NCBI GenBank assembly: GCA_965207375.1
Contig: OZ242274.1
Span: 288,001 to 352,000, forward strand
From: Nitrosopumilaceae archaeon
Lineage (GTDB): Archaea > Thermoproteota > Nitrososphaeria > Nitrososphaerales > Nitrosopumilaceae
Length of the DNA stretch: 64,000 bases
Reading direction: 5' to 3'
Below are positions 29,787-41,010 of the stretch, one piece after another. Positions within the stretch are counted from its first letter, which is position 1. Each line of letters opens with the position of its first letter. Made by a program: the position numbers and the translations under genes. Under the pieces are notes generated by a model. That model worked only from the letters and a program-made list of their open reading frames with translations, was not told where the DNA came from and searched no databases.

Positions 29787-30464
29787 CTACTTGTCCAAAG
29801 TATCCTGATCTAACTTGTTATCTAGTGCAGATTCTGAATGGCTTTTGTGTTCTGATTTTTTTTGAGAATCGTCTGTGGAATTTACATACTCTGAATCCTT
29901 TGGTATGTCTGTGTCCAATTTTACCGCATCTTCAATGTCAGAGTCATTTCTTGACTCTTTTTTATTGATAAACTGTCTTGCTATCAAAAATCCTACAATT
30001 ATTGCAATTATGATATAATTTAATGGAATTCCTCCTATCTGATGGGCAAAAATTCTTGTAATGAATCCTAGTTGTGGAATTACATAGACTACGGTTCCAA
30101 TGTATTCTTTGGCAGTAATTGGAAAGTCTGTTCCAGGAATTGCTGCAGGATTTGCATCTCCCTGGGTTCTTACCGTATATGGATCATCGTCTAGTATTGC
30201 TACCACCCTGTGCACAATCACCCTGTTGTGGTCTGATGGCCTGTCAAATACGATAACGTCTCCTACCTGTACCTGCTCAAATGGATCATTTCCCTGTACA
30301 ACTATAACATCATAAACCATCAGATGTGGCACCATGCTGCCACTTGATACTACATAAAACGGATTTTGAGTTCCAAATATTGCCATCAATACAAGCCATG
30401 CTATGGCAACTATAGCTATCACAATTAAGATCTCTTTGATCACTGCTGTTGATTTGATTCTCAA
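29787..30464 (-). CDS. Signal peptidase I (archaeal S26B/Sec11 type)
   Basis: VVSSGSM.P, GDVIVF, IVHRV, TQGDAN. Confidence 0.92.
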   Translation of the reverse strand: MRIKSTAVIKEILIVIAIVAIAWLVLMAIFGTQNPFYVVSSGSMVPHLMVYDVIVVQGNDPFEQVQVGDVIVFDRPSDHNRVIVHRVVAILDDDPYTVRTQGDANPAAIPGTDFPITAKEYIGTVVYVIPQLGFITRIFAHQIGGIPLNYIIIAIIVGFLIARQFINKKESRNDSDIEDAVKLDTDIPKDSEYVNSTDDSQKKSEHKSHSESALDNKLDQDTLDK

Positions 30465-30480
30465 TTACCGACGGCTCTCC

Positions 30481-31242
30481 TTACTGCAAACTGTTACCGC
30501 ATTGTTCACAAAATTTGGCGTCTGCCTTGTTTACAAATCCACAACTAGAACATTTTCCGGGTTCATTTGCAGGCAACTGATGCGGATCTCCTAGCAATAT
30601 GATGTCGCCTACCGTCTTTACCTTGCTCCACGGTACGACACTCTCACCGCCGTCATCTTTTGTTATGATCAAAACTACCGTCTGTGATGAATCTATGCCT
30701 ACCTGTTTTGCAGTACCAATCTTCTTTGCATTTTCATCAAAGATTGTCATACCTGCAATTGAATTGACAGAATCATCTGTTTGTACAGTTTGCTCTGCTG
30801 CGGGCTCTTGCTCCTGTGTTGGTTGTATCTGTTCTGGTGCAGATACACCTGCATCTTCTGTATGTATCGGCTTTGCCATTCCTACCTCTTGTGCCTCATC
30901 AGTTTTCTTAAATTCTCTATATTCTGCAATTGCCGAGTTGCAGGTGTTGCACGTATATTGCCCGCGCTCCATCAAAACTAAATTGTCAGCTACCTGCTCA
31001 TTTGGATTTTCATAATTAATTTTCGGACTTGCCTCAAACTCTTTTTCGCACGTGTTGCAAAAATGTTTTGTAATGTTTTGTGCATCAATCCTGCCTATTG
31101 GAGCCAAAAACAAGTCAGGCCCTCCAAGGTTTCCCTTCATCTGCTGATCATCTGTGACCTTTGCCATTATATAGCCTCCAGAACCCCTTAATTTCTTTAA
31201 TCTTAATTCTGAGCTCATGAGTAAAACTCTCTTAAAGCTCAT
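30481..31242 (-). CDS. Zinc-ribbon/PRC-barrel protein
   Basis: CNTC x2, PRC-like VGDIILL, C-terminal CSSCG...KFCEQCG. Confidence 0.75.
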   Translation of the reverse strand: MSFKRVLLMSSELRLKKLRGSGGYIMAKVTDDQQMKGNLGGPDLFLAPIGRIDAQNITKHFCNTCEKEFEASPKINYENPNEQVADNLVLMERGQYTCNTCNSAIAEYREFKKTDEAQEVGMAKPIHTEDAGVSAPEQIQPTQEQEPAAEQTVQTDDSVNSIAGMTIFDENAKKIGTAKQVGIDSSQTVVLIITKDDGGESVVPWSKVKTVGDIILLGDPHQLPANEPGKCSSCGFVNKADAKFCEQCGNSLQ

Positions 31243-31363
31243 TTAAGTATATTTCAGATTTGTATTGTACCAAAGGCAGGTCTGCCAGTCATTGACATTT
31301 CTATATGCATTTATGGCCATCTTTTCTGATCGCTTTTTGATATTTCGCTGCATCTGCCATTAT

Positions 31364-31464
31364 GTATTTGTTAACGTTGTTTTGCATTTATGGTAATTTT
31401 AGACACAAAATTACTTTGTTATCAAAAAATAGAACAAAAATCTAGACCTGATGTTAACATTTAC
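31364..31464 (+). mobile_element. 101-bp IS66-type MITE, copy 2
   Basis: Near-identical to 4789-4889; flanked by direct repeat CCATTAT(G). Confidence 0.82.
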
Positions 31465-31621
31465 CCATTATGGTAATGTATCCCATCATGCCAAACCTCA
31501 CATGTATGGATTTTAGGCAATGTGATAGATACTGCAAGGCGTGCGTTTCTGGTATGGCAGAACCTACAGAACCATCACGTACCACTTAACATATTTAGGT
31601 ACGAATCAATCTACTTATACC

Positions 31622-31948
31622 ATGGTAGTATCCGATGTATCAGATGCAAAAACTTGGGAAACTGACGTCATCAATTCTGACATTCCAGTCTTTGTAGACT
31701 TTTGGGCAGAGTGGTGTGGTCCATGTAGGATGGTTTCACCTGTTATAGATGAGCTAGCAAATGATTATGATGGAAAAATAAAATTCGTCAAGGTAAACGT
31801 GGACAAGGCACAGGAACTAGCCTCAAAATACCAAGTGTATAGCATACCTACGCTGATTATTTTCAAAAATGGTGAGCTGGTAGGCCAGCAACTAGGCGCG
31901 GCATCAAAAGAATCCTATCAAGGAATGATTGATAGAGCTCTAGCATAA
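31622..31948 (+). CDS. trxA: Thioredoxin
   Basis: DFWAEWCGPC, SIPTL; start re-assigned to ATG 31622. Confidence 0.95.
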   Translation: MVVSDVSDAKTWETDVINSDIPVFVDFWAEWCGPCRMVSPVIDELANDYDGKIKFVKVNVDKAQELASKYQVYSIPTLIIFKNGELVGQQLGAASKESYQGMIDRALA

Positions 31949-31989
31949 TTTTAACTACTTTTTCTTGTTTTAAATTACAGTTAGACTAT

Positions 31990-33006
31990 ATGTTGTTGTT
32001 GACTCTTGATTTGGAAAAATTTGATCCCTGCAACATGCACAAAATTTATGACACCTGGCCAACCCTTGCTCAAAATGCATATAACTCTGATCTAAAGTCT
32101 GTAGATTTTAAAAACATTGATCATATCGTATTTGCCGGAATGGGAGGTTCAGGAGCCATCGGAGATCTATTTTGTGCAATACTGTCAAAAGACGACATTC
32201 ACGTTTCTGTAGTTAAGGGATATCTCTTGCCAAAAACAGTTGATGCACATACCTTGGTAGTTGTAACTAGTGTATCAGGTAATACCGTTGAGGCATTGAC
32301 CGTATTGAATTCTGCAAAAAAACTTGACTGTAAATTAATTGCGTTTTGTTCTGGAGGCAAAATGGAATCCTATTGCAAATCCAACCAAATAGCGTTTAGA
32401 AAAATTGATCAAATACATTCTCCTAGGGCCTCTTTTGTTACATTTGTATATTCTATGCTTAAGGTGTTAAATTCAATCCTGCCAATTAACAAACAAGACG
32501 TTTTAGAATCCTTGCAGCAGATGAGGTTCCAGTCTGAAAAGATCTCATCTACAAATCTTAATGATTCAAACCCATCCCTTAATCTGGCAAAATTTCTTGA
32601 CGACATTGCGTGCATTTACTATCCATACGGACTGTACTCTGCAGCAACTAGATTCAAAAACTCGTTGCAAGAAAACGCAAAAATGCACGTCTTTACCGAC
32701 GATATAATTGAGGCATGCCATAATGGAATTGTTTCATGGGAGACGTCTTCTCGAGTCCTGCCCGTCTTGATTCGAGGCATTGATGATTATGAAAAAACCA
32801 AACAAAGATGGGAAATCCTAAAACGATTTTTTACAGAAAATCACATAAAATACTTTGAGGTCTTATCCGTACCCGGAAACATTTTGTCAAAAATTATCAA
32901 CCTAATTTACCTGTTAGATTACGCATCAATTTACCGTGCAGTTTTGTCAAAAGTCGATCCCACCCCGGTAAAATCTATTGACTTTATCAAGAACCATCTA
33001 AAATGA
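31990..33006 (+). CDS. Bifunctional phosphoglucose/phosphomannose isomerase (SIS domains)
   Basis: GMGGSG, SVSGNTVE, SPRAS, QENAK, EACHN, DPTPV. Confidence 0.88.
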   Translation: MLLLTLDLEKFDPCNMHKIYDTWPTLAQNAYNSDLKSVDFKNIDHIVFAGMGGSGAIGDLFCAILSKDDIHVSVVKGYLLPKTVDAHTLVVVTSVSGNTVEALTVLNSAKKLDCKLIAFCSGGKMESYCKSNQIAFRKIDQIHSPRASFVTFVYSMLKVLNSILPINKQDVLESLQQMRFQSEKISSTNLNDSNPSLNLAKFLDDIACIYYPYGLYSAATRFKNSLQENAKMHVFTDDIIEACHNGIVSWETSSRVLPVLIRGIDDYEKTKQRWEILKRFFTENHIKYFEVLSVPGNILSKIINLIYLLDYASIYRAVLSKVDPTPVKSIDFIKNHLK

Positions 33007-33115
33007 TCCAAACCGTGCACCGTCTCAATTGTACCATACTATTTCCATCTGTGAATAGCCCAGCCATAACTGCATCAGAAATAATATCTACTAGCAATTT
33101 AAGAGTAAAACTAGA

Positions 33116-34081
33116 TTGAAAATACTGCTTGTACTTTTACCCCTCTTGATTCTCGTACCATACAATGCATATTCGCAGACACTAGACATCTTTACTGACA
33201 ACTCTGTCTACTCTGATAATGATCCCCTATTTGTTTACGGCAAGGCGCTACCAAATGAAAATTTGATTATTCGATTAATTGCACCAGATGAAACAATAGC
33301 AAAATTTGATCAGATAACTGCAGATGATGCAGGCAACTTCTCCCATATGCTGTTGACATGGCCCGGAACCTCAATTGATTTTCCTTATGGCACATATACT
33401 GTTGAGACTATAAGCACATCCCAAAACGGCATATCTGCCAAAATCTTCCTCAAATTTTCTGCATCCACCGATCTAGTCGAGGTTCCAGTTGAAAGACATG
33501 TAAACACGATAATCTTTGCCCCAGAATCTGCAGCAGTTAACAATTCGATCAGAATATTTGTACAAACCACTAGTGATGGGTTGCTGATAGGAGACAACAA
33601 CCCGCAGGAACTATTACAAACATCTCATGTACACCTGCCTGACGGCCAAGTCGACAACCTATCCTCGTCATTTCTTACACTACACAACGGACTGTACTAT
33701 GTTGATTATGTACCAAAATATGAGGGAACATATGTATTTCATGTGGTATCATTTAATCAGGGAACAGTCTCCCATGGCTCAGCTGCTACAAATGTATTGA
33801 GTCAAGATCTTGGCGGCATATCTGATGAAATTACCCGACTAAACTCTATCCTCGATGAAACCTCTGTCAAACTTGATACATTAAAATCAGAGGTAAGCGA
33901 TTTTGGCACAATTTTAGATACTGCAAGCACAAACATTGACTCTAGTGTGGTCTCTATTGCCACATCAGTAGAAAACACCAAAGAGGCATCGGCGCAACTA
34001 AACTCGTTGCTGTTTCCAGTTGTTGCATCAATTGGAATTATTGTAGCCTTGCAAATCGTTATTTTGGCGCGTAGAAGGTAA
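33116..34081 (+). CDS. Conserved secreted, membrane-anchored protein with coiled coil
   Basis: Signal peptide, Ig-like region, coiled coil, C-terminal TM plus RRR. Confidence 0.7.
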   Translation: MKILLVLLPLLILVPYNAYSQTLDIFTDNSVYSDNDPLFVYGKALPNENLIIRLIAPDETIAKFDQITADDAGNFSHMLLTWPGTSIDFPYGTYTVETISTSQNGISAKIFLKFSASTDLVEVPVERHVNTIIFAPESAAVNNSIRIFVQTTSDGLLIGDNNPQELLQTSHVHLPDGQVDNLSSSFLTLHNGLYYVDYVPKYEGTYVFHVVSFNQGTVSHGSAATNVLSQDLGGISDEITRLNSILDETSVKLDTLKSEVSDFGTILDTASTNIDSSVVSIATSVENTKEASAQLNSLLFPVVASIGIIVALQIVILARRR

Positions 34082-34090
34082 TTATAATAC

Positions 34091-37000
34091 ATGTCAAAGA
34101 CGTATTATGACATGCCCACGGCGGCAATAATTCTATCACTTGTACTGATGACTAGTTTGGTAGGAACATCTTATGCGTTAATTGACCATGATCTACAGTT
34201 ACCACAGGCAGACTACATGCCTCCTTCTTCAGGAATCTTTGACATTCCAATACAGGCAACGATGCCTTTTGATGTAAAGCGGTATGTGATATTTGGAGGC
34301 GGAGGCGTGCCTGATTCCATATCTGCTGTATATCGTGCATCCTCCTTTAATGGATTCTTTGCAATAGCGCTCATCTCAGAAAAGGAGGTTCCAAAATTAC
34401 AGTCTGATGGATATTACATTGTAGAGGATTTTGAACTAGACTTTCATGATGCCCCTGACGGCTCGCGAATAGGTGCAATTACAGGCTCTGATTTTGTACA
34501 CGACGAGTTTGGTTATACGGGAGATGGTGTAACTGTTGCAATTGTTGATACGGGAGTTGACTTTTCAAATCTGGATCTACGCAGTTCGCTGTTAAGAGAT
34601 GACCAGAACCATCCTGTAATGCTAGACCCTGACGGCCAAGGCATAATACTTACAAATAATACATTTTATGCAGCAATTGATGATGACGGACTATTACTAG
34701 ACACAAAATCAATACCTGAGGAGGCAATATCGTCAGTATATAAAAATCGCGACGGCATCTTTTTAGACATAGCACAGGGCGGCAACGGAACAGAGATTTC
34801 AATCTATAACTCATTTTTCCCACAGGCAGGCGAGTCTGCCGTGTTTCATGCAAAGCTTACAGAAGACATCAAGATTGGCAACGATTCGCATGACTATATT
34901 GTCTCTAAAAGCGGATATTATCATCTAGGAATGATGTATCAGGGCGCACTACAAGGAAGTTTTGCAAGATTGCAGGTGGTTCCTGTTTTAGTTGTTGATG
35001 CAAATCTGCCCGGCGTATACGATACTGTCATACCTGATCTGTCTACGTCATGGCAGGACTATACCAGATATGATTTGCCAGACGGGCAGCAACCTCAATA
35101 CGACTTTGATTTTACAGATGAAAAGCCAATAGTGCTAGGAAGCGGAAACGAATTTCTAGTTTATGACTCTGATGATGACGGACGCATTGACTATAGCGCA
35201 GGTACAATCGGTGCGCGGGTTTTAGATGTATATGGTGTAATTGAAAACAAGACCTCTGCTGTCGAGCCGCACGTACTTGCAGTCAATGGAACGCTGCTTT
35301 ACCCAATTGATCCTGCCGGAAATTACTTTGGTGTAATGACTGACTTTGAAGGCCACGGTACTGCTAGTGCAGCATCCGTTGTTTCAAAGGGTGTAAACCA
35401 GTACGATATTTACAATGACACAAAAAAATACTCTATAACTGCAGTTGCGCCAGGCGCCAAAATCCTTCCAATAAAATCTCTCTGGTTTGGAGACGTCGTA
35501 TACTCTTGGCTGTGGGCTGCAGGATTTGAAAACGAAAAACAAAATTGGGAGTTTACCGGAGAGCCACGTGCAGATATAATCTCAAACAGCTGGGGTATAT
35601 CCAACTTTCCAAATATACAGTATGCTCCCGGACTAGACGTAATCTCTCTAATTCTTACTGTACTGTCTACCCCCCATTCTTTAGATGATGACTATCCTGG
35701 TGTTGTCATGGTTGTAAGTGCAGGCAACTCTGGACCCGGATACGGAACAATAGGCTATCCAAACTTGGCACCCTTTGCAATATCTGTTGGTGCTACAACA
35801 AACAACGTGTTTGTAGGATACGGTCCGTTTTCTGGGGAGCCAAGATTTGGAAATACGACTGATCACCTCAATCATGTAGTTGACTTTTCAAGCCGAGGAC
35901 CCGGAATAATTGGGGATCCTAAACCTGACATTATGGGTACTGGTGCACACGGATTTGTGCCATCTACAATGCTAAAACTAGAAAAAAATTCTGATGCTGA
36001 ATCCTTTTCATTGTTTGGCGGAACTAGCATGGCAGGACCCATCGTTGCAGCAAGTGCTGCGGTTCTAATGGAGAGCATGCGCGACCATCAGCAAGAGTAT
36101 GATCCATTTTTGATTAAGAATCTGTTAATGTCTACTGCAACTGACATACACAACGATGCATTCACACAGGGCTCTGGACTAGTCAATCTCAAAAATGCCG
36201 TAAAATTTGTAAAGGGAAAGGACGTCTTTTTGGTGTACAACGACGCCTCTTATTCTAACATACAAAACATACTGAATATGCCTATTGAGAACATCAACTC
36301 TACCATTTTGAATCTAGACCGGTTCCAATTATCTCACAAAAATTTTAACATGATGAGTTGGTTTGGAGGCCATCTGTCCTCGGGCCAGCGCAGCACTGCC
36401 ACCTTTACGGTGGAGAATCCAACAAATGACACACTAGAGGTTGCCATATATAGCCAAAAACTTGATCTCATCAAACAGTCAAACTATTCGGGAATCACAA
36501 AGCCAAAGCTGCAAGACAGAAATCTCAACGCAGAAGATACATACCGTCCAAACTATATAGCACTCTCTGATGTGAAAAATTTTACAGACCTGGGATCATT
36601 TTTTGACAAGACAAATCCGATTCCTTCTGACTCTGAATTGATGATTCTAACACTGCATTTTCCCTTTGAGACATTTATGAACAAAACAAACGACATTTAC
36701 GCCGAAGACTTGCAAATATCCTCGCTGTATCTTTATGACTGGCAGGATCACAACGACGATACTAGAGTAACTAGCGATGAACTCTCAATGGTTTCTCGAG
36801 GCGGCTCGTGGGGAACCGTTCAGCAGCTGCGTACAAGTGATCCAAGTACAAAGTTTGAAGGCACGCCGCTAGTTGGAATTTATCCGGTACCGACCAAATT
36901 TTCATTTTGGATTGCAGATTCTGGAATCGATGCAGTACCTATGAACTATACCCTGACTGCAAGCTACTACAAAAAGGACACCTGGGAGCCGGTCTGGATT

Positions 37001-38113
37001 GGTGATGACTCTATTATTGTTCCCCCAAAAAGCTCTGGACAAATTGATGCCACAATTGTCGTACCACATGATTACGAAACAGGTGTATATAATGGATTTT
37101 TGAAATTTTCAAGCACTGCACATGATGTCAACGTACCTGTCAGCTTTGTTGTAACTGAAACTATAACTGATGACTATACAGTACTGTTTAGTGGCAAAGG
37201 CTCTAATGATATTTTGTATCATCCAGGTTTTATCGGGGGGGCATTTGACATGACTAGTCGCTATATGGCCGGAGACTGGCGCCAGTATTACTTTGACATA
37301 CAAAATTCAAATCTAAACACTGCTGCAATAGAGATCTCTTGGGAGCAAGATGACACAAGCCTTGCAGTATTTGCAATTGATCCGGAGGGAAGGATAGTTC
37401 AGAGCAATGTACCCTCGGGGGTTTTTGGACACTTTATGGGATGGCCTTCCATAGACTGGCTTGGAACATCGCCTTTTAGCCAGGGCGGTGGTTTTTTTCC
37501 GGTAACAAACAAGGATGATACCTCAACTGTACTGTATGTGCCACTAAATCAAACAGGGACATACTCGCTGCTAGTTCACTCTACGCTTTTTGGAGGCAAA
37601 TCAATCACTGACCCCATCACACTGTCTGCAAAGTTTACAACAATTACAGACAAGGATCTACCTCCAACAATCAATTTATCTGTGCCAGATTATATTCATG
37701 ATGATACTTTGATATATCCGAATATAACTGACAACAATCTGTCTAGTGTAAAGTTTTTTGCAAACGATATTGAGATTTTTGTAAAGGACGACAGGTTGGA
37801 CTTTGACCCTCTTCCTAATGACAACTATACTATGACTGTAACTGCATTAGATGAGGCAGGAAACTATACAGTTGAACATTTTATGTTTGTAAAAAATTTT
37901 ACAAATCATACCTATGAGAAGATCCAAAATAATACCTCTTTACAAGACGACACAAAGAAAGTCAGCCCAGATTTACAAAATGATTCCAAAGTCACTATAC
38001 CAGACACCTACCAGGACAACTTTGATCCTGCCATAATTATAGTGCCAACTGTGATCGCCTTAGGTATTGTGATTGCAGTTTTGATAAAATTGGGAAATTC
38101 ATCAAAAAAGTGA
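34091..38113 (+). CDS. Membrane-anchored subtilase (peptidase S8)
   Basis: Triad IVDTG / GHGT / GGTSMA, SAGNSG oxyanion motif, signal peptide, C-terminal TM. Confidence 0.92.
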   Translation: MSKTYYDMPTAAIILSLVLMTSLVGTSYALIDHDLQLPQADYMPPSSGIFDIPIQATMPFDVKRYVIFGGGGVPDSISAVYRASSFNGFFAIALISEKEVPKLQSDGYYIVEDFELDFHDAPDGSRIGAITGSDFVHDEFGYTGDGVTVAIVDTGVDFSNLDLRSSLLRDDQNHPVMLDPDGQGIILTNNTFYAAIDDDGLLLDTKSIPEEAISSVYKNRDGIFLDIAQGGNGTEISIYNSFFPQAGESAVFHAKLTEDIKIGNDSHDYIVSKSGYYHLGMMYQGALQGSFARLQVVPVLVVDANLPGVYDTVIPDLSTSWQDYTRYDLPDGQQPQYDFDFTDEKPIVLGSGNEFLVYDSDDDGRIDYSAGTIGARVLDVYGVIENKTSAVEPHVLAVNGTLLYPIDPAGNYFGVMTDFEGHGTASAASVVSKGVNQYDIYNDTKKYSITAVAPGAKILPIKSLWFGDVVYSWLWAAGFENEKQNWEFTGEPRADIISNSWGISNFPNIQYAPGLDVISLILTVLSTPHSLDDDYPGVVMVVSAGNSGPGYGTIGYPNLAPFAISVGATTNNVFVGYGPFSGEPRFGNTTDHLNHVVDFSSRGPGIIGDPKPDIMGTGAHGFVPSTMLKLEKNSDAESFSLFGGTSMAGPIVAASAAVLMESMRDHQQEYDPFLIKNLLMSTATDIHNDAFTQGSGLVNLKNAVKFVKGKDVFLVYNDASYSNIQNILNMPIENINSTILNLDRFQLSHKNFNMMSWFGGHLSSGQRSTATFTVENPTNDTLEVAIYSQKLDLIKQSNYSGITKPKLQDRNLNAEDTYRPNYIALSDVKNFTDLGSFFDKTNPIPSDSELMILTLHFPFETFMNKTNDIYAEDLQISSLYLYDWQDHNDDTRVTSDELSMVSRGGSWGTVQQLRTSDPSTKFEGTPLVGIYPVPTKFSFWIADSGIDAVPMNYTLTASYYKKDTWEPVWIGDDSIIVPPKSSGQIDATIVVPHDYETGVYNGFLKFSSTAHDVNVPVSFVVTETITDDYTVLFSGKGSNDILYHPGFIGGAFDMTSRYMAGDWRQYYFDIQNSNLNTAAIEISWEQDDTSLAVFAIDPEGRIVQSNVPSGVFGHFMGWPSIDWLGTSPFSQGGGFFPVTNKDDTSTVLYVPLNQTGTYSLLVHSTLFGGKSITDPITLSAKFTTITDKDLPPTINLSVPDYIHDDTLIYPNITDNNLSSVKFFANDIEIFVKDDRLDFDPLPNDNYTMTVTALDEAGNYTVEHFMFVKNFTNHTYEKIQNNTSLQDDTKKVSPDLQNDSKVTIPDTYQDNFDPAIIIVPTVIALGIVIAVLIKLGNSSKK

Positions 38114-38152
38114 AACAAGGTTTATAAACAATTTGTCGAGTACGGAGCTTGA

Positions 38153-38761
38153 ATGTCGGAGCAGGGTAGCCAAAAGGCTAGTAATTTATCCAGACGAGAC
38201 TTTCTAAAACTGATGGGCGCAGCAGGAACCGGACTTGCATTTGCACCCTTTGTTCCATGGGGAAACTTTATGCCAAACCCTAGCGGCGCATCTCTAGAAA
38301 AGGTACCAGTTGAGCTTCCTGATGGAACCCAAGCAAACGTTAACACATTTCCAACTAATTATGCTGAGGTAATCACATATCCAAAAACCGGAGACCGAGT
38401 TCTAGATTCAGAGGCATTTAAAAAATGGCAATTTATCAGGCTTCCAGAAGAATTGGGAGGTGCAGCCAAGGATGTATCTGCGTTTAGGGCATACAGCATG
38501 GTGTGTTTGCATCTTTGGTGTCTATGGTCATACTTTCCCGGAGAAAACCGTAAAAGAGGGGAATGCCCGTGTCACGGCACCATGTATGATCCGGTCAATG
38601 GGCAGGCCATACAGGGACCAGCATCGGTACAGGCAGAGCCATCAAACGTACTGCCACAGTTGCTGTTTGAAGTTGATTCTGACGGATATGTGTGGATAAT
38701 GCCGCCAAAGTGGAGCCCTCATGAAAATGGAGTTATAGGATATGGACGCTTCCTTAAATAA
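38153..38761 (+). CDS. Rieske Fe-S protein of complex III, Tat-exported
   Basis: SRRDFLK Tat signal; CLHLWC and CPCHG. Confidence 0.93.
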   Translation: MSEQGSQKASNLSRRDFLKLMGAAGTGLAFAPFVPWGNFMPNPSGASLEKVPVELPDGTQANVNTFPTNYAEVITYPKTGDRVLDSEAFKKWQFIRLPEELGGAAKDVSAFRAYSMVCLHLWCLWSYFPGENRKRGECPCHGTMYDPVNGQAIQGPASVQAEPSNVLPQLLFEVDSDGYVWIMPPKWSPHENGVIGYGRFLK

Positions 38762-40292
38762 ACACACAGGTGCTGTCACCTTTTTTCAATGGGTTTGGGA
38801 CGGCATAGACAGAACCATCTTTACTGCATTAAAATTTTCATTTCCTGCCAGATTCGTAAGTCCTTTTGGATTCTTGGGAATGCTGACCTTTATTGTATTT
38901 GTCATTTTGGGAATATCTGGCGCGCTTTTGATGTTTTATTATCAGCCGATTTTGGACAGGGCATGGGACAGCGTGCAATTTATCAACGACGAGGTACCCT
39001 ACGGCTTTCATATTAGAAACATTCACTATCATGGTTCAAATGCGATGGTTCTTTTGGCTGTACTTCACATGTATTACCAGTATTTTAGCGGAAGATACAA
39101 AATACGAAATGAGATTCTTTGGGTAACTGGTGTCATACTAGGTGTCGTAACAATTTTGGAGGCCTTTACCGGCTATGATGTAATTTTCAGCGAAAGGGCG
39201 CAATTGGCAATCAGTATTGCAGCCTCGCTTACAAACTCGATGCCTGTTGTGGGCCCGCTCATGCGGGATGCGATGTTTGGAAACGGATTCTCTGACTTTG
39301 TTCTCAGGTTTTATGCCCAACATGTGTTCTTGCTACCCCTAGTAATGCTTGGACTTATGGCGGTGCACTTTCCACGATTTTTGGTATTTGATGTGCCAAT
39401 GGTCATGGCAATTGGAGGCGCCATCATGATTACGGGAGGTGTGTTCCCAATAGATATGGGCTTTAAGTTTGACCCTACGATTCCTCCAGGTATCACCGTT
39501 CCAGAATGGTATCTGACAGGCATCTATGCGTTTATGAGGACACAGTATGACAAGTTCGTCACCGGAATGGCCTGGCCGCTGATATTTATTATCGCGCTGA
39601 TTTTGACGCCGTTTTTGGACAGATACAAGAAATTCTCCTGGCGAGACAGGCCAATAGTGACTGCATTTGGCATAACAGGCATCTCTCAGGTCATGGTTAC
39701 CACTTATTGGGGATTCTATATTTCACCTGATTCTACCATTCCATTGGTACAGCGCCTTGTAATTGATCCAGTATTTTTGTATTCTGTAATGTTACTGCTT
39801 GTTCCGGTAGGATTCGGATTCAGCTATATGATGATAAAGCTCTCAAAGGAGGCAGAACGCAAAGCAAAGCTTGCAAAGGATCAGGGCCCAAAGAAGGTTG
39901 CCACAATTGATCTGTCAGAAAAATGGCTAAACTGGGTAATTGTAGCCTTGATTGCATTCCAAGTGTTCTTAAACATTGCAGCGTACAATGCGGCACTGAC
40001 TGGAATGAATAATTTGTCATTGTTCTTTGTTGGACTGATAATGCTAGTCTTTGCATCGCTGTTTCATGTGTACAGATACGCAATGGCAAAATCAAAAGAG
40101 GCTCCACCTCCACCCCCTACGACAGTATCTAATCAAAGACCTTTGGATATTGTAGAGGCCCCAGAAAATGCCGTCCTGCCACCAACTGATCCTCCAAAGC
40201 AGCTTACACAGGAAATTGCGACACCGCAACTCAAGGCTGACATTGACTCTGACATATCTCCTGCAGGATCTGGCGACGTACCAAAACCATGA
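38742..40292 (+). CDS. petB: Cytochrome b of complex III
   Basis: Heme His pairs RNIHYH...LHM and QHV...VH; PEWY. Confidence 0.93.
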   Translation: MDASLNKHTGAVTFFQWVWDGIDRTIFTALKFSFPARFVSPFGFLGMLTFIVFVILGISGALLMFYYQPILDRAWDSVQFINDEVPYGFHIRNIHYHGSNAMVLLAVLHMYYQYFSGRYKIRNEILWVTGVILGVVTILEAFTGYDVIFSERAQLAISIAASLTNSMPVVGPLMRDAMFGNGFSDFVLRFYAQHVFLLPLVMLGLMAVHFPRFLVFDVPMVMAIGGAIMITGGVFPIDMGFKFDPTIPPGITVPEWYLTGIYAFMRTQYDKFVTGMAWPLIFIIALILTPFLDRYKKFSWRDRPIVTAFGITGISQVMVTTYWGFYISPDSTIPLVQRLVIDPVFLYSVMLLLVPVGFGFSYMMIKLSKEAERKAKLAKDQGPKKVATIDLSEKWLNWVIVALIAFQVFLNIAAYNAALTGMNNLSLFFVGLIMLVFASLFHVYRYAMAKSKEAPPPPPTTVSNQRPLDIVEAPENAVLPPTDPPKQLTQEIATPQLKADIDSDISPAGSGDVPKP

Positions 40293-40386
40293 TATTAAAC
40301 AAGGTTAATAATACACAAAACGCGGCTTGGATAATTGACTAGTCATCCCGTATCCTTGGATGAAGAGCACCTCAACTATAACAAAA

Positions 40387-40833
40387 TCAAAGGGATAGCA
40401 ACACTCCAAAAACAATAACACTTTCAATCTCTTTGTGTTGCTCGATTATAGATGCCCTAAACTTTACCTCGTACTTTCTTTTTGCCTCAAATGCAAGCAT
40501 TGCTGTAAACTCTATTCTATTTTCTGGCATGGACTCTTTTGCTACAAACAGTCTGGCAGTATTTTGAGAAATTTTTTTTTTATTGTATGATTTAAACGTG
40601 ATTAGCTCGTTTGAATCAAGAACTTGCGTGTTAATTACCACCCCGTCGTATCTGCCTGGAAAATTTACTGTAACTTCTCCCCCAAACTCTACATTTGGAA
40701 CAAATTGTTCTGTTTCTAGTTTTAGTTCAATATCTTTCATAATTGTGAGAATTTTTATTGAAATAAATAATTTTGTCAAAGGTTTGATCCCTGCCCTGAT
40801 TTTGCAAAAATGACAAATCGTTTGCATGAGCAT
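40387..40833 (-). CDS. Hypothetical protein at the edge of the urease island
   Basis: ORF with beta-rich pattern; true start probably MKDIEL at 40740. Confidence 0.6.
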   Translation of the reverse strand: MLMQTICHFCKIRAGIKPLTKLFISIKILTIMKDIELKLETEQFVPNVEFGGEVTVNFPGRYDGVVINTQVLDSNELITFKSYNKKKISQNTARLFVAKESMPENRIEFTAMLAFEAKRKYEVKFRASIIEQHKEIESVIVFGVLLSL

Positions 40834-41010
40834 TTACCTGTTCCAAATTTACGCGTGATTTTTCAGATACGTGCATCGGTATACTGTACGTAGCATTGCA
40901 AAATCTGTATTATCTGTTGAATCCTGCATTTGATGCCTAGGGCATTTTTTCCAAATCCGGAACTATTCTATAAATCAATAAATATCATAACAGGGTAATA
41001 ATACGCGGGT

